From contig JBITNC010000001.1 in the NCBI GenBank assembly GCA_050084985.1, positions 95,728,001-95,792,000 of the forward strand: DNA of 64,000 nucleotides, written 5' to 3'. Within the stretch, counting starts at the first letter, position 1, and each line of letters begins with the position of its first letter. The position numbers and the translations under genes were made by a program. This document shows positions 15,470-27,743 of this stretch, in pieces. This DNA comes from Nageia nagi (Eukaryota > Plantae > Pinophyta). The notes beneath the pieces were generated by a model. The model saw only the letters and a list, made by a program, of their open reading frames with translations. It ran no database searches and was not told where the DNA came from.

Positions 15470-15760
15470 CTAAAATTTTTATCTTTTAGCAAAAACTTAC
15501 TCTCATAGATTGTCCCCATTGGTTGCCCTATAAATTTTTTATCTTCCAGCTTGAAGTATTGATAATGTGAAAAGTTCTAATCTCTAACATTAATGAATAT
15601 GGTCTCCTTTAGTTTCCCTAGGAATTCACCAAAAACTCTCATCTTTTAGCTTGAAGGATTAACAATGAAAAAAGCTCTACTCTCTAATATTAATATTGAA
15701 GGAGTCCTCTTTCAATTGACCTAGTAATTCACTGGAAACTCTCATATTCTAGTTGAAAAA
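15470..15760. repeat. degenerate ~100-bp tandem repeats in the 3' internal region of the LARD-like element
   Basis: Recurring AAA(C/T)T(C/T)T(C/T)ATCTT(T/C)(T/C)AGC...CTCTAA(C/T)ATTAAT units. Confidence 0.55.
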
Positions 15761-15913
15761 ATATTTATGATATTCTTACAAATAGGGTTGTCATGGCTCT
15801 TACAATTTTGTTAGAACATATAGCTATTCAGAAGAAACTCATATTATATGTACTAAATCTAAAGTATGAATAAGTGTAAGAATGGTATATTATACCTTTT
15901 CTTACATGTATAT

Positions 15914-17456
15914 ATATTTTTATTTATATTGGCGATGATTTTTAAAGGGAACCAATAACCCTATTTACAATATGCCTTGAGATATTCAACATCATTTCAG
16001 GAGATTTTAAAAAATCTACTAGTTATAAAAAACCACCTAATATGCCTCTTAGAAACCTACTTCTATGCACATACCAAGGCACTCCATCACCCTATTCCCT
16101 TATAGGACAAAACAAATAATGAAATAATAAAACACCTGGACATAACACTAATACACCCCACCCTTTTGGATAAAAAAAATATAACAAAAATATAGAATGC
16201 TTGACCCTACATGTTTAGCTTCTCAAAAATGTGTTATTAGATCTTGTACACCATCATGATAATGTTATTTAATCCTGCTAGGAGAGCTCCTTGTAGGACT
16301 CCTATGTCCTTCAGTAATGCCCCTGAGACACCTACATCTTCTTCATAGATCCTTGCTCAGTTATTAGAGATGTTGGAGGTGTGGCTTCATCAAACTTTTA
16401 TGATTCCTCCTTCACCACAAAACCTCTAGGTATTCCAAAATCAGATTTCTTTAGGATTGGTATGAGGTCATCAAGGTCTCCCATCCAACCTTGCTTTTTG
16501 GACATGAATTTGGAAATGATCAAGAAGAGCCCTTGGTGTAGAGCAAATTTTATTCTCTCCTTCTAAAAACCTTCCATCAACTTTTCCAATTCTTTGAACA
16601 AATAATATGGAACATTAACCCTTTTTCGATAATGGATGTGATTTAGAATCTCCAAATGGTATCCATGCACCCACATCATCTGAGTATCCATGGTGAAGTA
16701 ATTCATAATCATGCCAGCTACCTTCAACCATAGCTGGGGAAGGTGCTCCCTAAGAATGTATTTCTCATCCCATCTGATTCTCTTTGAAGAGGTGAAAAAT
16801 TCAAGCTCTATCTATTGTGGGTGCTTGTCCCATGTTATCTTCAATCCTTCATCCATAAAACCAAATATTTCCACTAAGAACATCAAGGAGATTTCAAATA
16901 AAAAAGCTCCCACCATCATATATCCCTCCACCCAACTATTTTCCATTTGGTAGCAAACTTCAACATCATAGCCCTTAAAAATTTTCACAAAGCTTCAATA
17001 ACCCATCTTCTTTAGCACTTCCTAGATGTCATCACTAACAAGGAGCTTCATCGATTTTGGGTGCAAGTCCTTACGCCCTCCATCAAATCCACCTACCTTG
17101 AATGCCACCATCAATACTAAGGTTCTTTACATGTGTACTAGAAATTTTATCTTAGCTAATGGTAATGCCTCAACCACCACCCTTCTCTTAAGTCCCAGAG
17201 CTAGGCCTCCCATCCCTCAAATGTCCAATCACTATTATTGCATGCATCATTTCTTGGATCACCTTCCAACTCCATCATCTCCCTCATGTGAGCAACCTTG
17301 GATTATGATTTTCCAAGTACCTCTCCAACTTCAAGGTCGAAAATGCAAGTGGGACTTCATGAAGTGACATCCCATCTCATGTTAGTTCGTCATCTCACCT
17401 CTCACCTCATAATTATAGTGATCTCTCCCATCCACCATCCTAAAATTTTTCAATTA
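15914..17456 (-). mobile_element. LINE-style (TPRT) insertion carrying a decayed ~270-codon ORF unrelated to L1 ORF1/ORF2
   Basis: Flanking 12-bp direct repeat TTACATGTATAT (15902-15913) / TTACCTGTATAT (17457-17468) and an A-rich 3' tail on the minus strand. One reading frame runs from the ATG at 17111 to about 16300, interrupted only by TAG/TGA/TAA stops. Confidence 0.55.
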
Positions 17457-18029
17457 TTACCTGTATATTTTTGAAATGAGCCATTTGTATGAGATCTTCA
17501 TGATGTTGACATTCCAAATACAAAATTACAATGGCTAGGTGTCATTATTTTTGAAAATCTAATTTTTTATTTTTTAATTAGTACATATGATTTATGAGTT
17601 TTGAATCTTCCTCCTATTTATTTTTTATATATTGTTGGATTGATTCTGGCTTATTTTTCTTACTATTTCTACACCATTAGCACCCTTTCTATAAGCTCTC
17701 AAGTTATTCCTGAATAATTTGATAATAAAATTTTATTTTTCTACTTCTACTACTAACTACCTGACTCTGATATTTGATTTATGATTCTAAGGTGATTTCT
17801 AATTATAACTTCCCTTAGCAAAACTTTTTTAAATTTCTAACATAGTTGATCTTTGTACCTATTTAGCCTGAGATGTCTTATTTTTTATTATATTTTTTTG
17901 AAATTTTTATGAAATGTAACTAAGTATGAGATCCATTAACTAGACATAAGACATATTCAATGAATAGGGTAAATTTTTTATCTTGATGAAATTTTTAATG
18001 AAGAAACCTAATCAAAATATGATGAATTT

Positions 18030-18290
18030 TGATGAAATATTGATATAAATGATAAGGATGGGAAGATTAAAAGATGAAATGATGAGAGATATGATAATCC
18101 TTGTTGAAATTTTAATAGAAATTATGAGGATGATATATGAGAAGATTAAAAGATGAAATTACGAGAGATATGATGATCCTTGATGAAATTTTGATAAAAA
18201 TGATGAGAATGATAGATGAGAAGATTAAATATATGAAATGATGAGAGATATATGATCCTTGATGAAATTTTGATAGAATTGATGAGGATA
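18030..18290. repeat. ~75-80-bp tandem repeat (3+ copies)
   Basis: GATGAAATTTTGATA..GAGAAGATTAAAAGATGAAATGATGAGAGATATGATGATCCTT units. Confidence 0.8.
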
Positions 18291-21200
18291 AAAAGATGTT
18301 AGGATTGGATAACTTGATGAGATTGCCATGTTGATGAAATACATACAATGGACTGACTTAGATGAGATGCGAATTGTAAGTGCAGTTGAATATGTAAATT
18401 AAAGCCTATATGATATTCAACCTATTCTATATGATATGCAAAATGATGCACTATAATGGAATAAATTGTGATCAAACCATCACCACTATAATAATAATCA
18501 TACTCTTCTTTTATATATTCAAATGGAAAGGTTTTATCTCTTTTACCTATTAACATTAATCCTTTAAAAATAAGAAGTTGCTATCATTTATTGTTAGATG
18601 CCTTAATAAATAACTCATTATGAATTAATCTAGAAAGATATTCTATTTTGTTTGCATATTCCTTTATTAGCCAATTTCATTACTTGATAACTTTATAGAA
18701 TAGAACATGGAGTGGATTGTCAATGTTGTCATGTTTGTCTATACCTAGTTGACTAGATTTTTCTATTTTGATTCCCTATGACTAAACTAAATTTATGATG
18801 TTGACATTATTTTTATTATTTTTTACTCCATCGTCATCGTTAATTTATGAGATTTTCTAGGATATCCTTGAATTATCCTAACCTTGATCTATACTAATTG
18901 AGCTATTTCTATCTTTAGAACTAAAATGTTGATGTTTATGTTCATTGTTATTAATGGAATATTTTCTTTGAATTATCTTCATGCAATGATTTCTTGCATA
19001 GGATTTTTCTAATAATCACTCTAGTTCTATTTTGAAATATTTACTATTTATGATATTTCTTATTTAGATCTCACTCTATATTAATGCCTAACATCAAAGA
19101 TGGATCAACTAACATATGCTCTTTAATCTTGCTCATTTTTTTATTAAATGATAAATTTTCAAATGCTATTTCATAGGTTTTATATTTATCCATATCATCA
19201 AGATTTAAATATTCTTCATAATCTATTTTAGCCATATAATCATCATCATTATCACTATCATTGTCACTTTCTTGGTTATCTATGGTTGACATATCATTTA
19301 ATTAAATTATTTTTTAGTTGCTAAAAGGAAAATGTAACACATAACATATTCCATAATCTACAAAAGCAACCTCCTTTAGCTATGATAAAATGCAAGATCT
19401 AGATTTTTCAAAAATAATTGAAGAAATATGATGATTTATGCACTTTTAGACCATACAAAATTTAAAATAACTTGCTAATATGTATATATATGATGTTGAG
19501 CAAGTTTTATGATGTTAGAACCTCCTAAATTCAAGAAAATAGTTTTCAAAATTTAGGGTTAAGAAAAAATATTTTTCTTAAAATTGAAAACCTCTAGAAA
19601 AACTTAACGAAAGTGTATTCATTGAGCCCAAATTACTTTAAAAAAGTTATCTATTATGATGACCTATGATTTGGTATTTTTGATGATAAAAGTAGTTACC
19701 AAGTATTTAAAAAATATTTTCTAAATTTATGGTTTTTTATGAAAATATTTTCAACAAAATTTTCACAATATTCATCAAAATATGTAACATTAAGCCTTGT
19801 AAAATCATAAATATTTTTCAATTATATTTATCTTGGAAAAAATCTTCTAGTGTAAGATCTCATCAAATTGAACAAAATTACCTTCACAATATATGTTTTT
19901 CTTCAAAAAAAAATGTTTAAAATAAAAATTCCTTAATTTTTAAATAGTTTTAAAGTAATATAATTTTCCAATTTGGTATGAAATTAATTCAAGAAAATAA
20001 AATAAAATAAAACCAAGGATGTCCAATGAAAAACTCCATAGAAAAAGCGATACCCTAAAATAAAAATTTTAGGATTTGTAAGATATGTCAAGTTCACCAA
20101 AATGTAGTCTCTAAATAATAATTTACAATAAATAAATATAATGAATTAAAGACTACAAATATAGTGCAATCACTTATCATATACCAATAGAGGAGCAAAT
20201 ATATATTTTTTATTCCCTAGGGGAATTAAAACTTTGCATCACTTCATTTTTTGTGGTCTAATCTACTATGAGATTTGAGGAAAATTTCACTATCTCTTCA
20301 AGGATTACTCATGCTCTCTATCCACATTTTTTAGTTATGAGGACCAAAATTACCTCAAACTTTACATTAGAGAGGTAACTCAATTTCATTGGTAAAGAAG
20401 CTCTCACCCAAGTACCTCTCACCCCCCTATAGTCTCATCTTATCACAATCTACTTCACCAACATTGATAGACTGAGGGGTGATATAGATACTAGTAAAAA
20501 ATGACAAGCACAAAATCATCTAGATGTTAACATGGTCATTAGACAATATACTCGTGGATGTTTGGGACTCCAAATCAATGATAGGCAAAGACATATCAAT
20601 GAATTCTTTAGTAGTGATTCATCAGCCTATGATGTTAGGAGAGATTAAGAGAGAGTCCCTCTTATGGATGATTCCTCATCTTTGAGAAATATATTTTGCA
20701 CTCTTTGTATTTATTTCTATTTTTCTCTTTAGATGGGCACTTTTGGCCCATTTACTTGCAATTTTTATTATTTTATTTTATTAGTCCCTTGGGTCACATT
20801 TGCCCATTATGTACATTAGTAACATTTTATTTCATTTCATAATAAACCTTAACTCCTATAATTCAGAAAGTATGCACCTAGTATAATATCAATCCTTAAG
20901 ATGTAGTTAAAGATGTAAGGGATTGGACTAGATATGGGATGAAGCAATAAAGAATATGTAATGAACTAGATTAGTGCTCATTATCCCTCAAATCTACCAC
21001 TATGTTCATCAAGAATAATATCACATGAGCTATAGTTGCAAGGAATCAACATTATTGGTGGTGTTCTTCCTTCATTTTGGCAGAGTTGTATTCTAACCTT
21101 GGATAGTTCAATTTTGATCCAAAGGGGTTTATGTGACTAGTCATTTTGCATGTACTCGATGAGATCTATCCGATAATGTATCTCTTTCATAATTCAAAAA

Positions 21201-24200
21201 TTATATTTAGTTTGACTTATTTAAACTTATATTTTAAAGATATTAGAGCATGTACAAATAGTAGATAGTGATATCAAGCTCAAAGCATAACATATTCTCA
21301 TATAGGTGGCATCAAGAGATGTAAGTAGTGTGATGTGAAGTAATGATAACCACCTAACAAAGAGATTTGATAGGTATTGTCAACCTAGGTTCCTCCTTTT
21401 ATACCTACAAGAACATAAAAAGAGCTGATGATTAATAGTATAAAATAATAATGATAAATTTAGAAGAACATGAAATACTAATGATATTCTCAAGATAATT
21501 ATAGATATAAATTGTTAGTATATTAGTCTTATTAGCACATGATTAATAAATTATTAGTACATTAGTCTTGATATTCTAGGTATTTGCATGATTTAAATAA
21601 TATATTATCTAGATACCTAAAATGATTTAGTAATAAATAGAAAATCATATTTAGGTGGCTATACTCGTACTCATCTTCAAGAGCTCTTTGATTGATGTTG
21701 GTTCTATTTTTGTTGAATTTTCCCCTTCATTCTTTTCTAAATAAGTGTTACTCTCTTCATTCTTCTCAATGTGGGAAATCTTTTGCTTTGGATTTTATTG
21801 AAATTGAAAACTTATTTATCATGGAATGGCTCTTCCTTAGTTTTTGTTGATAGGTTATGCATATTTTCATTTATATTTGTTACCTTTATTTTTGTTTCTT
21901 TTATAATGTTCAATCATTTTATCTTTATATGACCATATTATTGGCAAACATAACAATAGATAGTGAAATTCTCATATTCCAATGATTGGATCCATTCATC
22001 TTCTCTATTTGAAGGGATATATTCTTTGGTCATAAGTTTCAGACATTCATTTTCATTACTTTTCTTGCATTTCTCATATTAGTTTTATGTTGTAAATTTT
22101 CTTTTGTTTAATCATCCATGAATAAATATTCTCCAATGACATTCCTAATTATTATAAAAAAAATTCTTTCCAGAATTCTATTGATAAAGCATACAAATTG
22201 GCCCAAATAGGGATGATATTAGTATTTTTTATGAAAAGATTAAAACACGGTGTCTAGGGTACCATATACCTCTTTGGCCTATAGACTAGTTACTTCTATA
22301 TTTCATGACATAATTTCTATATTCACTATGAAGGAAAGTAATGGAAAAGAAATTTCTAGTTAGTAGGGAGATTTGCAACTCACTAGTCCATAGAAGGTCT
22401 TATCCCTTTAACTTTGTAAATGATTATAATCTTTTCATATTCATAAAATTTTGCTTGAAAATATATTTTTAGGTATATGAATGAAAAGTGTTTCATCTTC
22501 TTCATTCATCTCTTCTTAGCTATAAGTATTCATTTGTCTATATGAGCCTATCCTCCATACTTATCCCTTTCTTCATTTGTTGTATCTCCCTTATTTGACA
22601 TTGGACTTATGTTCTCTCAAATAATATTCATTGCATTGCATTTCGAGCTTGATATATTTCCAATATCACCTTGAATTTTTCATTCTCATCCTTGCTCAAT
22701 AGAAGAGTCTTCCTAAATAACATTTTTGCTTTGTATCCTCATCCTTCTTCCCACAATTTCTATCTTTATTTTTTAAAGTGGATCCATTTGTCTGTTGATC
22801 AGTTCTAGGCTTGTCGTTGTGTCTCTCATTTTTCTTGCCTTTTGTTCCATGAAAAAATTCTTTTAATCCTTGATCACTTGGATTTTGCCCATCCTTTTTC
22901 CATTGTCTCACTTCTTTTGTCCTTTGCACACTTTGCCTTGTACTTATTTATACACTTCCAACCACCATGCTTTGGTTCTCTAGGGCTTCTCTCACTTTTC
23001 ACTTACATGTTCCCTTAAATCACATCTTAAAGCATAAGAAAAAAAGTCTTTATATCAAGTTTGAAATCTTGAATAGATCTTAAGAACTTATTTAAGTGTT
23101 ATTTATGCTTGTTCATGGTAATAGATTCAATCATTTTAGTATGTTTGAATGGTTGATTTTTTAAATTGTAAGATAACAAAGTTCTATTCCTTAATGAATG
23201 TAAGAATATCCTCTACATCAAATCTCCCAACAACTAAATTCCTTAAAATATTTAATTTAAAATTTGAAACAAACTTTTTTATTATCTCACGCACACCTCG
23301 TTGGATGGAACCCTGCAAGATGAAACAAACTTTGGGATTCTCTACTTAAGTCCATTGATTCAAGTCGGCTCAAAATGGATTTCAACACCAAAAATTGCTT
23401 CTAAATATATTTAAAGTCCTCCGACTCATTATTTGTAATCATGTGATACTTTCAACTTCATATTTGATTCAACTTCTCACCTTAGCATTTGATCATCTTC
23501 AACTTCTTATCACACCTTAATTTTGATACAACATAGATTTGTTATAATATATTATCTTCCATCCAAAATATTTATAATATTATTCCTTAATGAAATTTAA
23601 ATAACCAAACTTTTTTGCTCATTGAAATAATTTTTTCTTCTACAAAATTATGCTTAATTCAAATAATTATATTATAAATTATAAAGAATAAAAACCACTC
23701 TTTTTTTCAAAAAATATCATAAAAGTACTATTTCAAAATGCAATTATCACAAGATAAAATCTCTTATTAATAGATATTGGAATCTCTTGTTAAAAAATCC
23801 CAAATTTAAATCCTTCAGCCTTTTCAATGTGCAAGATTTATTTTATTAAATCATAACAAGTATTATAAACTAATTATAAAAGCAGAAAATATCCATCACA
23901 AAGTAATATGAATAACTCTTTACATAATTTTTAATTTCACTACTACTTTTCTCTATTCTGTCACTTACAAAGACACTCTAAAAACATGTAAAATATTTAA
24001 TACTTTATCACTCACAAAGACAATTCAATCTAAAAGCATGTAAAATATCTAATAAAACATACAAGTCAAATATTTACAGAAGCCTATTAAATTTGTACAT
24101 TAGTACCGCCTATACGTGTGAAAGCACCCAAGTGGTCCAAGAATTTAGCCGCTTCTTCTTGTTTTACCTGCAATTATTGAGCTGTCAAAATTCCTGGATT

Positions 24201-24939
24201 GGAGCAACCATGCACCCCAAATGACCAAATCCATCTTCAATGTGAACCTGCAACAACTAATAATACTAAATCATACGTCATCTCCTCTCACGTCTAAAAA
24301 GACATTGCCTCCATGAGAAGCGTATGGTCACTCTTGAATGTGACCCTTTTCAGAACAATTCCAGGCAATTTCAATTTCACTTTTAAAAATGTTTATTTTT
24401 TTTACAATTCAATTGAATGATCTAGATGAATTGATAAAATCAATAAATTTTATGAAAAAAATTTGAATTCAAAATTCAACATTCTTTCAATTAATTCCAT
24501 CGATGAAATTGAAGTATACCTTTCATTAAATATTGATTTAATTAAACTTATGTGACATCAATCGATCTCAACCACTGAATCAAATTCAATTACAATCTCA
24601 TATAAATAATTCTTCATAGGAATCTCTCCTTGCACGAATTCAAATCAAGTAAACAAAACCCAACAAGAATCACAAGTTAAAGCACGCAAAATGCCAACCT
24701 ATCCTAGAGGACAATTTCCACATGAAACAATTCCCTCTGGTCTACAAGTAGTCATGATCAGTTCAGCATTCAAAAATTTGTGGTAATGACGTTTATGGGA
24801 ATTGTGCTCCACTCAAATACATTTTATTATATCACAGATTCCACCACAGTTTCTTCTTACGCCACATTTGGAGGCATGTCAATTTAGTAACATTTGAAAC
24901 ACGGTGGAAATTTCTCTATCTATGATGGGGTTGGCCATC

Positions 24940-24946
24940 TATAAAA
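24940..24946 (+). promoter_or_regulatory. TATA box of the HAD gene
   Basis: CTATAAAAGG followed by a pyrimidine-rich initiator-like tract (24960-25000), about 270 bp upstream of the ATG. ACGT-core motifs lie upstream (TACGTG ~24113, TACGTCA ~24275, TGACGT ~24787). Confidence 0.6.
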
Positions 24947-25059
24947 GGGACTCCCATGTCCCTCTTAAAACTCCGCCTCCTCACAATCCACCCATCTCTC
25001 CTGGTTTGGACTAGATTGCTCTTGCAGCTGCAAGTGCAATTTTTTTCCATCTTATAGTG

Positions 25060-25183
25060 GTGGGTTCCTAGTCTTAAGACCGTGTTCTGAGTTTGGATTA
25101 AAAGAGGATCTTTTTGGAAATTGAAATTTGTATTGTGCGAGTTCGTGAGATAATTTTTTTTTTGTTGGATGTGTGAATTGTAG
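25060..25183 (+). other. probable 5'-UTR intron of the HAD gene
   Basis: TG|GTGGGT donor, a T-rich tract and a TGTAG| acceptor 24 nt upstream of the ATG. The donor position is uncertain. Confidence 0.45.
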
Positions 25184-25207
25184 TTGAGAGAGGTTGAAAT
25201 TGGAACT

Positions 25208-27561
25208 ATGAAGATGGATGAGAGACATATGCAACAGAAGAGGCCTAAATATGACTGCCTTCTCTTTGGTAAATTCAGTGTTTTGGAAAATCATTACCAA
25301 TTTTTTTTTTTTTTGTATGTTGCATGCCCGACCCTTTGATCAAGTCAATTCTGGTTTTGGTTTTACATGTTGTTGTGTGTTTTGTATCGTTTTCAGATCT
25401 TGATGACACATTGTACCCTCTAAGTTCAGGACTTGCTGAAGCATGCACCAATAACATTCATGGTAATGCTGTAGCTCAATAATTATTCCTAACTATTTTG
25501 ACTAGATGCTTGGAATAGTATCTTTTTTTCGGAGGTTATGTTATGTCGATTGTTATGTTATCTTTAATGAAGTGACACGATTTGATTTGTGGGTATGACA
25601 GATTACGCCGTTCAAAAACTTGGAATTGAAAGAAGCATAGTCACAAAGTTTTGCACAAACTTGTATAAGACATACGGGACATCCATGGCTGGACTCAGGG
25701 TTAGCGTCCTGCTCCTTTTTGATTGAAATCTGCGATACATTGGATTTTTAGTAGCAATGGAGTTTTGGATTTGATTTCACAATTGACAAAGAAAACAATA
25801 TAAGTCGCTGGTATAGGTCAATTATGGACTTGAATGTTTTCATAAAGTATTGTTTTGACGATTACCTATTGCTTTGAGAATTCTTGGCGTTGGATTGAAT
25901 CTTGTTCTAGCTGTATGGAGTAATTTTTTAATCATCTATGTTTTATTTTCTACAAAGTGCAGTCCAGTCCGAGGTCCAGTGTTTCATTGTCATTGTACTG
26001 ATTTATTTGGGTCGAGTTGCCAATTGACAATTGTAATTAGTAACAGTCTGTTCAGAAATTCCTTCAGTCAGCTTCATTTCAGCCCTTGATGACATCTTAT
26101 TTGATCATTGTTCTACACTAATAGTACTTGTGCTTGTGGCCCTTTTTCAATCCTTATTGCATGTAGTAATTGGTTTGATTATTTATAATAGTAGAAAATA
26201 TATAGGTAATGCTTGAACTCAGGTTTGCAATCCTGCTTTTGAGTCATCTCTATATATGTATTTGACAGTGGATACATGCCTTTCATACAAGCGCTTCATT
26301 TATTAACTCCACTGAAGTGTACAAAACTGAAAGGGCTAAAAATATAGCAATTACAGACTTTGATCTATGACATAACTTCAATTGACTTAAGATGCTTTTT
26401 TCATTTACCTTTTTTGGTTTACTTTCTTATCTTGTTTCTGGGTTTATACAGGCAGTGGGCTATGAATTTGACTACGATGATTATCACAGGTATGCTTGAA
26501 ATGATATGCATCCCAACATTCATAGTAACAGTTGCATGTTATTTTATATAGATCTTATGCAAATCAAACAGAAAGGTGTCAATATATACTATTCAATATT
26601 GACTTCTCTCCGTTCTCAAAGATTTAATTTTAGCCCATTATCCTTATTTCCTTTACTCCAAAACAAAAATCTGTGCAGTTTTGTTCATGGAAGATTGCCA
26701 TATGAAAACCTTAAACCAGATCCAGTGCTGAGAAACCTGTTATTAAGCATGCCTCAGAGGAAAATTGTAAGTTAATATACTTAGTTATGCTTAATTTTTA
26801 AAACCCAAAAGAAATCTTAACCTTTCAAATTAGTTTTCAATTGGCTTATTTAGCAGACATTAAGTACTTTCAAAGTTGATGTATCAACTCTTTACCATGT
26901 GCAACAGATATTCACAAATGGTGACAAAGATCATGCTGCTAGGGTGCTTAGCAGACTTGGTCTTGAAGATTGTTTTGAAGGAGTGATATGCTTTGAAACA
27001 CTTAATTCTCAACCACAAACTGCGGATGACTTTAATGGGTGGGATACCCCTCTTGTAGATCTCCCTAAGACACCCATTATTTGCAAGCCTTCGAATGAGG
27101 CAATGGAACAGGCCCTTTCCCTTGCGAATGCTGATCCACAAAGAACGGTATGAGTGTGTGGAGCTGATTCATCATTTTCCTTCCAACTTGTGAGATGTCT
27201 TCTTACATTTTGAGTAAACTTATTTAATCTGTTCGTTTTCCTTGCAGATTTTCTTTGATGACAGTACTAGGAATATAGCAGCAGGAAAGCGTGCAGGCAT
27301 AAATACTGTACTGGTAAGGCTATTTCACTTTTGATTTCGAGAGTTTTTGTTTATTACCAGTTTATCTATCTAAACTTAATGTTGGAAATTGAATCTTAAC
27401 AGGTTGGCACTCCAATCCGGACGGAGGGAGCAGACTATGCACTTGAAAGCATTCACAACATGAAGGAAGCCCTGCCTGAGATTTGGGAAGAAGGTGAAAG
27501 CTCCGAAAATGTTGTATGCTCAGGAAGAAGTGTTGCTATGGAAACTGTTGTGACTGCATAG
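25208..27561 (+). CDS. HAD-superfamily hydrolase, SDT1/pyrimidine 5'-nucleotidase-like (plant nucleotide-phosphatase family that includes XMP phosphatase), 8 coding exons, 271 aa
   Basis: Exons 25208-25268, 25397-25462, 25602-25699, 26452-26489, 26679-26766, 26908-27147, 27248-27313 and 27403-27561. All introns are GT-AG and the exons sum to 816 nt in an open frame (MKMDERHMQQKRPKYDCLLF-DLDDTLYPLSSG...ETVVTA*). All four HAD motifs are present: DLDDT, FTNG, ICKP, FFDDS. Confidence 0.95.
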
Positions 27562-27733
27562 AACATCTAATTTCAGAGACTGGATTACTGTGCTTCGTTT
27601 GGTGTTTTTCTCATAGCCAGAAGAATAACTTCCCTGTTTCTGTAATATTATATATTGTCCATAACCGGGATTGCATACTTTTCTGAAGTATGTAAGATCA
27701 TTTCTCGACCTCATTCATGTAGAATATGAAATG

Positions 27734-27743
27734 AATAAATAAA
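27734..27743 (+). terminator. polyadenylation signal of the HAD gene
   Basis: Overlapping AATAAATAAA about 170 nt after the stop codon. Confidence 0.5.

Larger units (their letters stand above)
8325..21663 (-). mobile_element. non-autonomous (LARD-like) gypsy LTR element, Tat/Ogre-like, no pol
   Basis: The LTRs 8325-15265 (interrupted and partly deleted) and 20103-21663 share the ends TGTAGTCTCTAAATAA...TTTAGGTGGCTA(C/T)A. TSD CTCAT (8320-8324) / CTCGT (21664-21668). PPT AAAGAGGGGGAAAA lies next to 15265. A PBS-like TGGTGAACTTGAC lies next to 20103. The internal region has only a decayed acidic 5' ORF (19071-19292). Confidence 0.8.

Noticed and set aside
21700-23050. Minus-strand charged ORF remnants (e.g. 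22696-22929)
   Set aside because: Probably TE-derived, but no family motif or boundaries are recognisable.
27520-27714. Antisense 64-aa ORF over the HAD last exon and 3' UTR, and similar ORFs in its introns
   Set aside because: Shadow ORFs of the real gene with no independent support.
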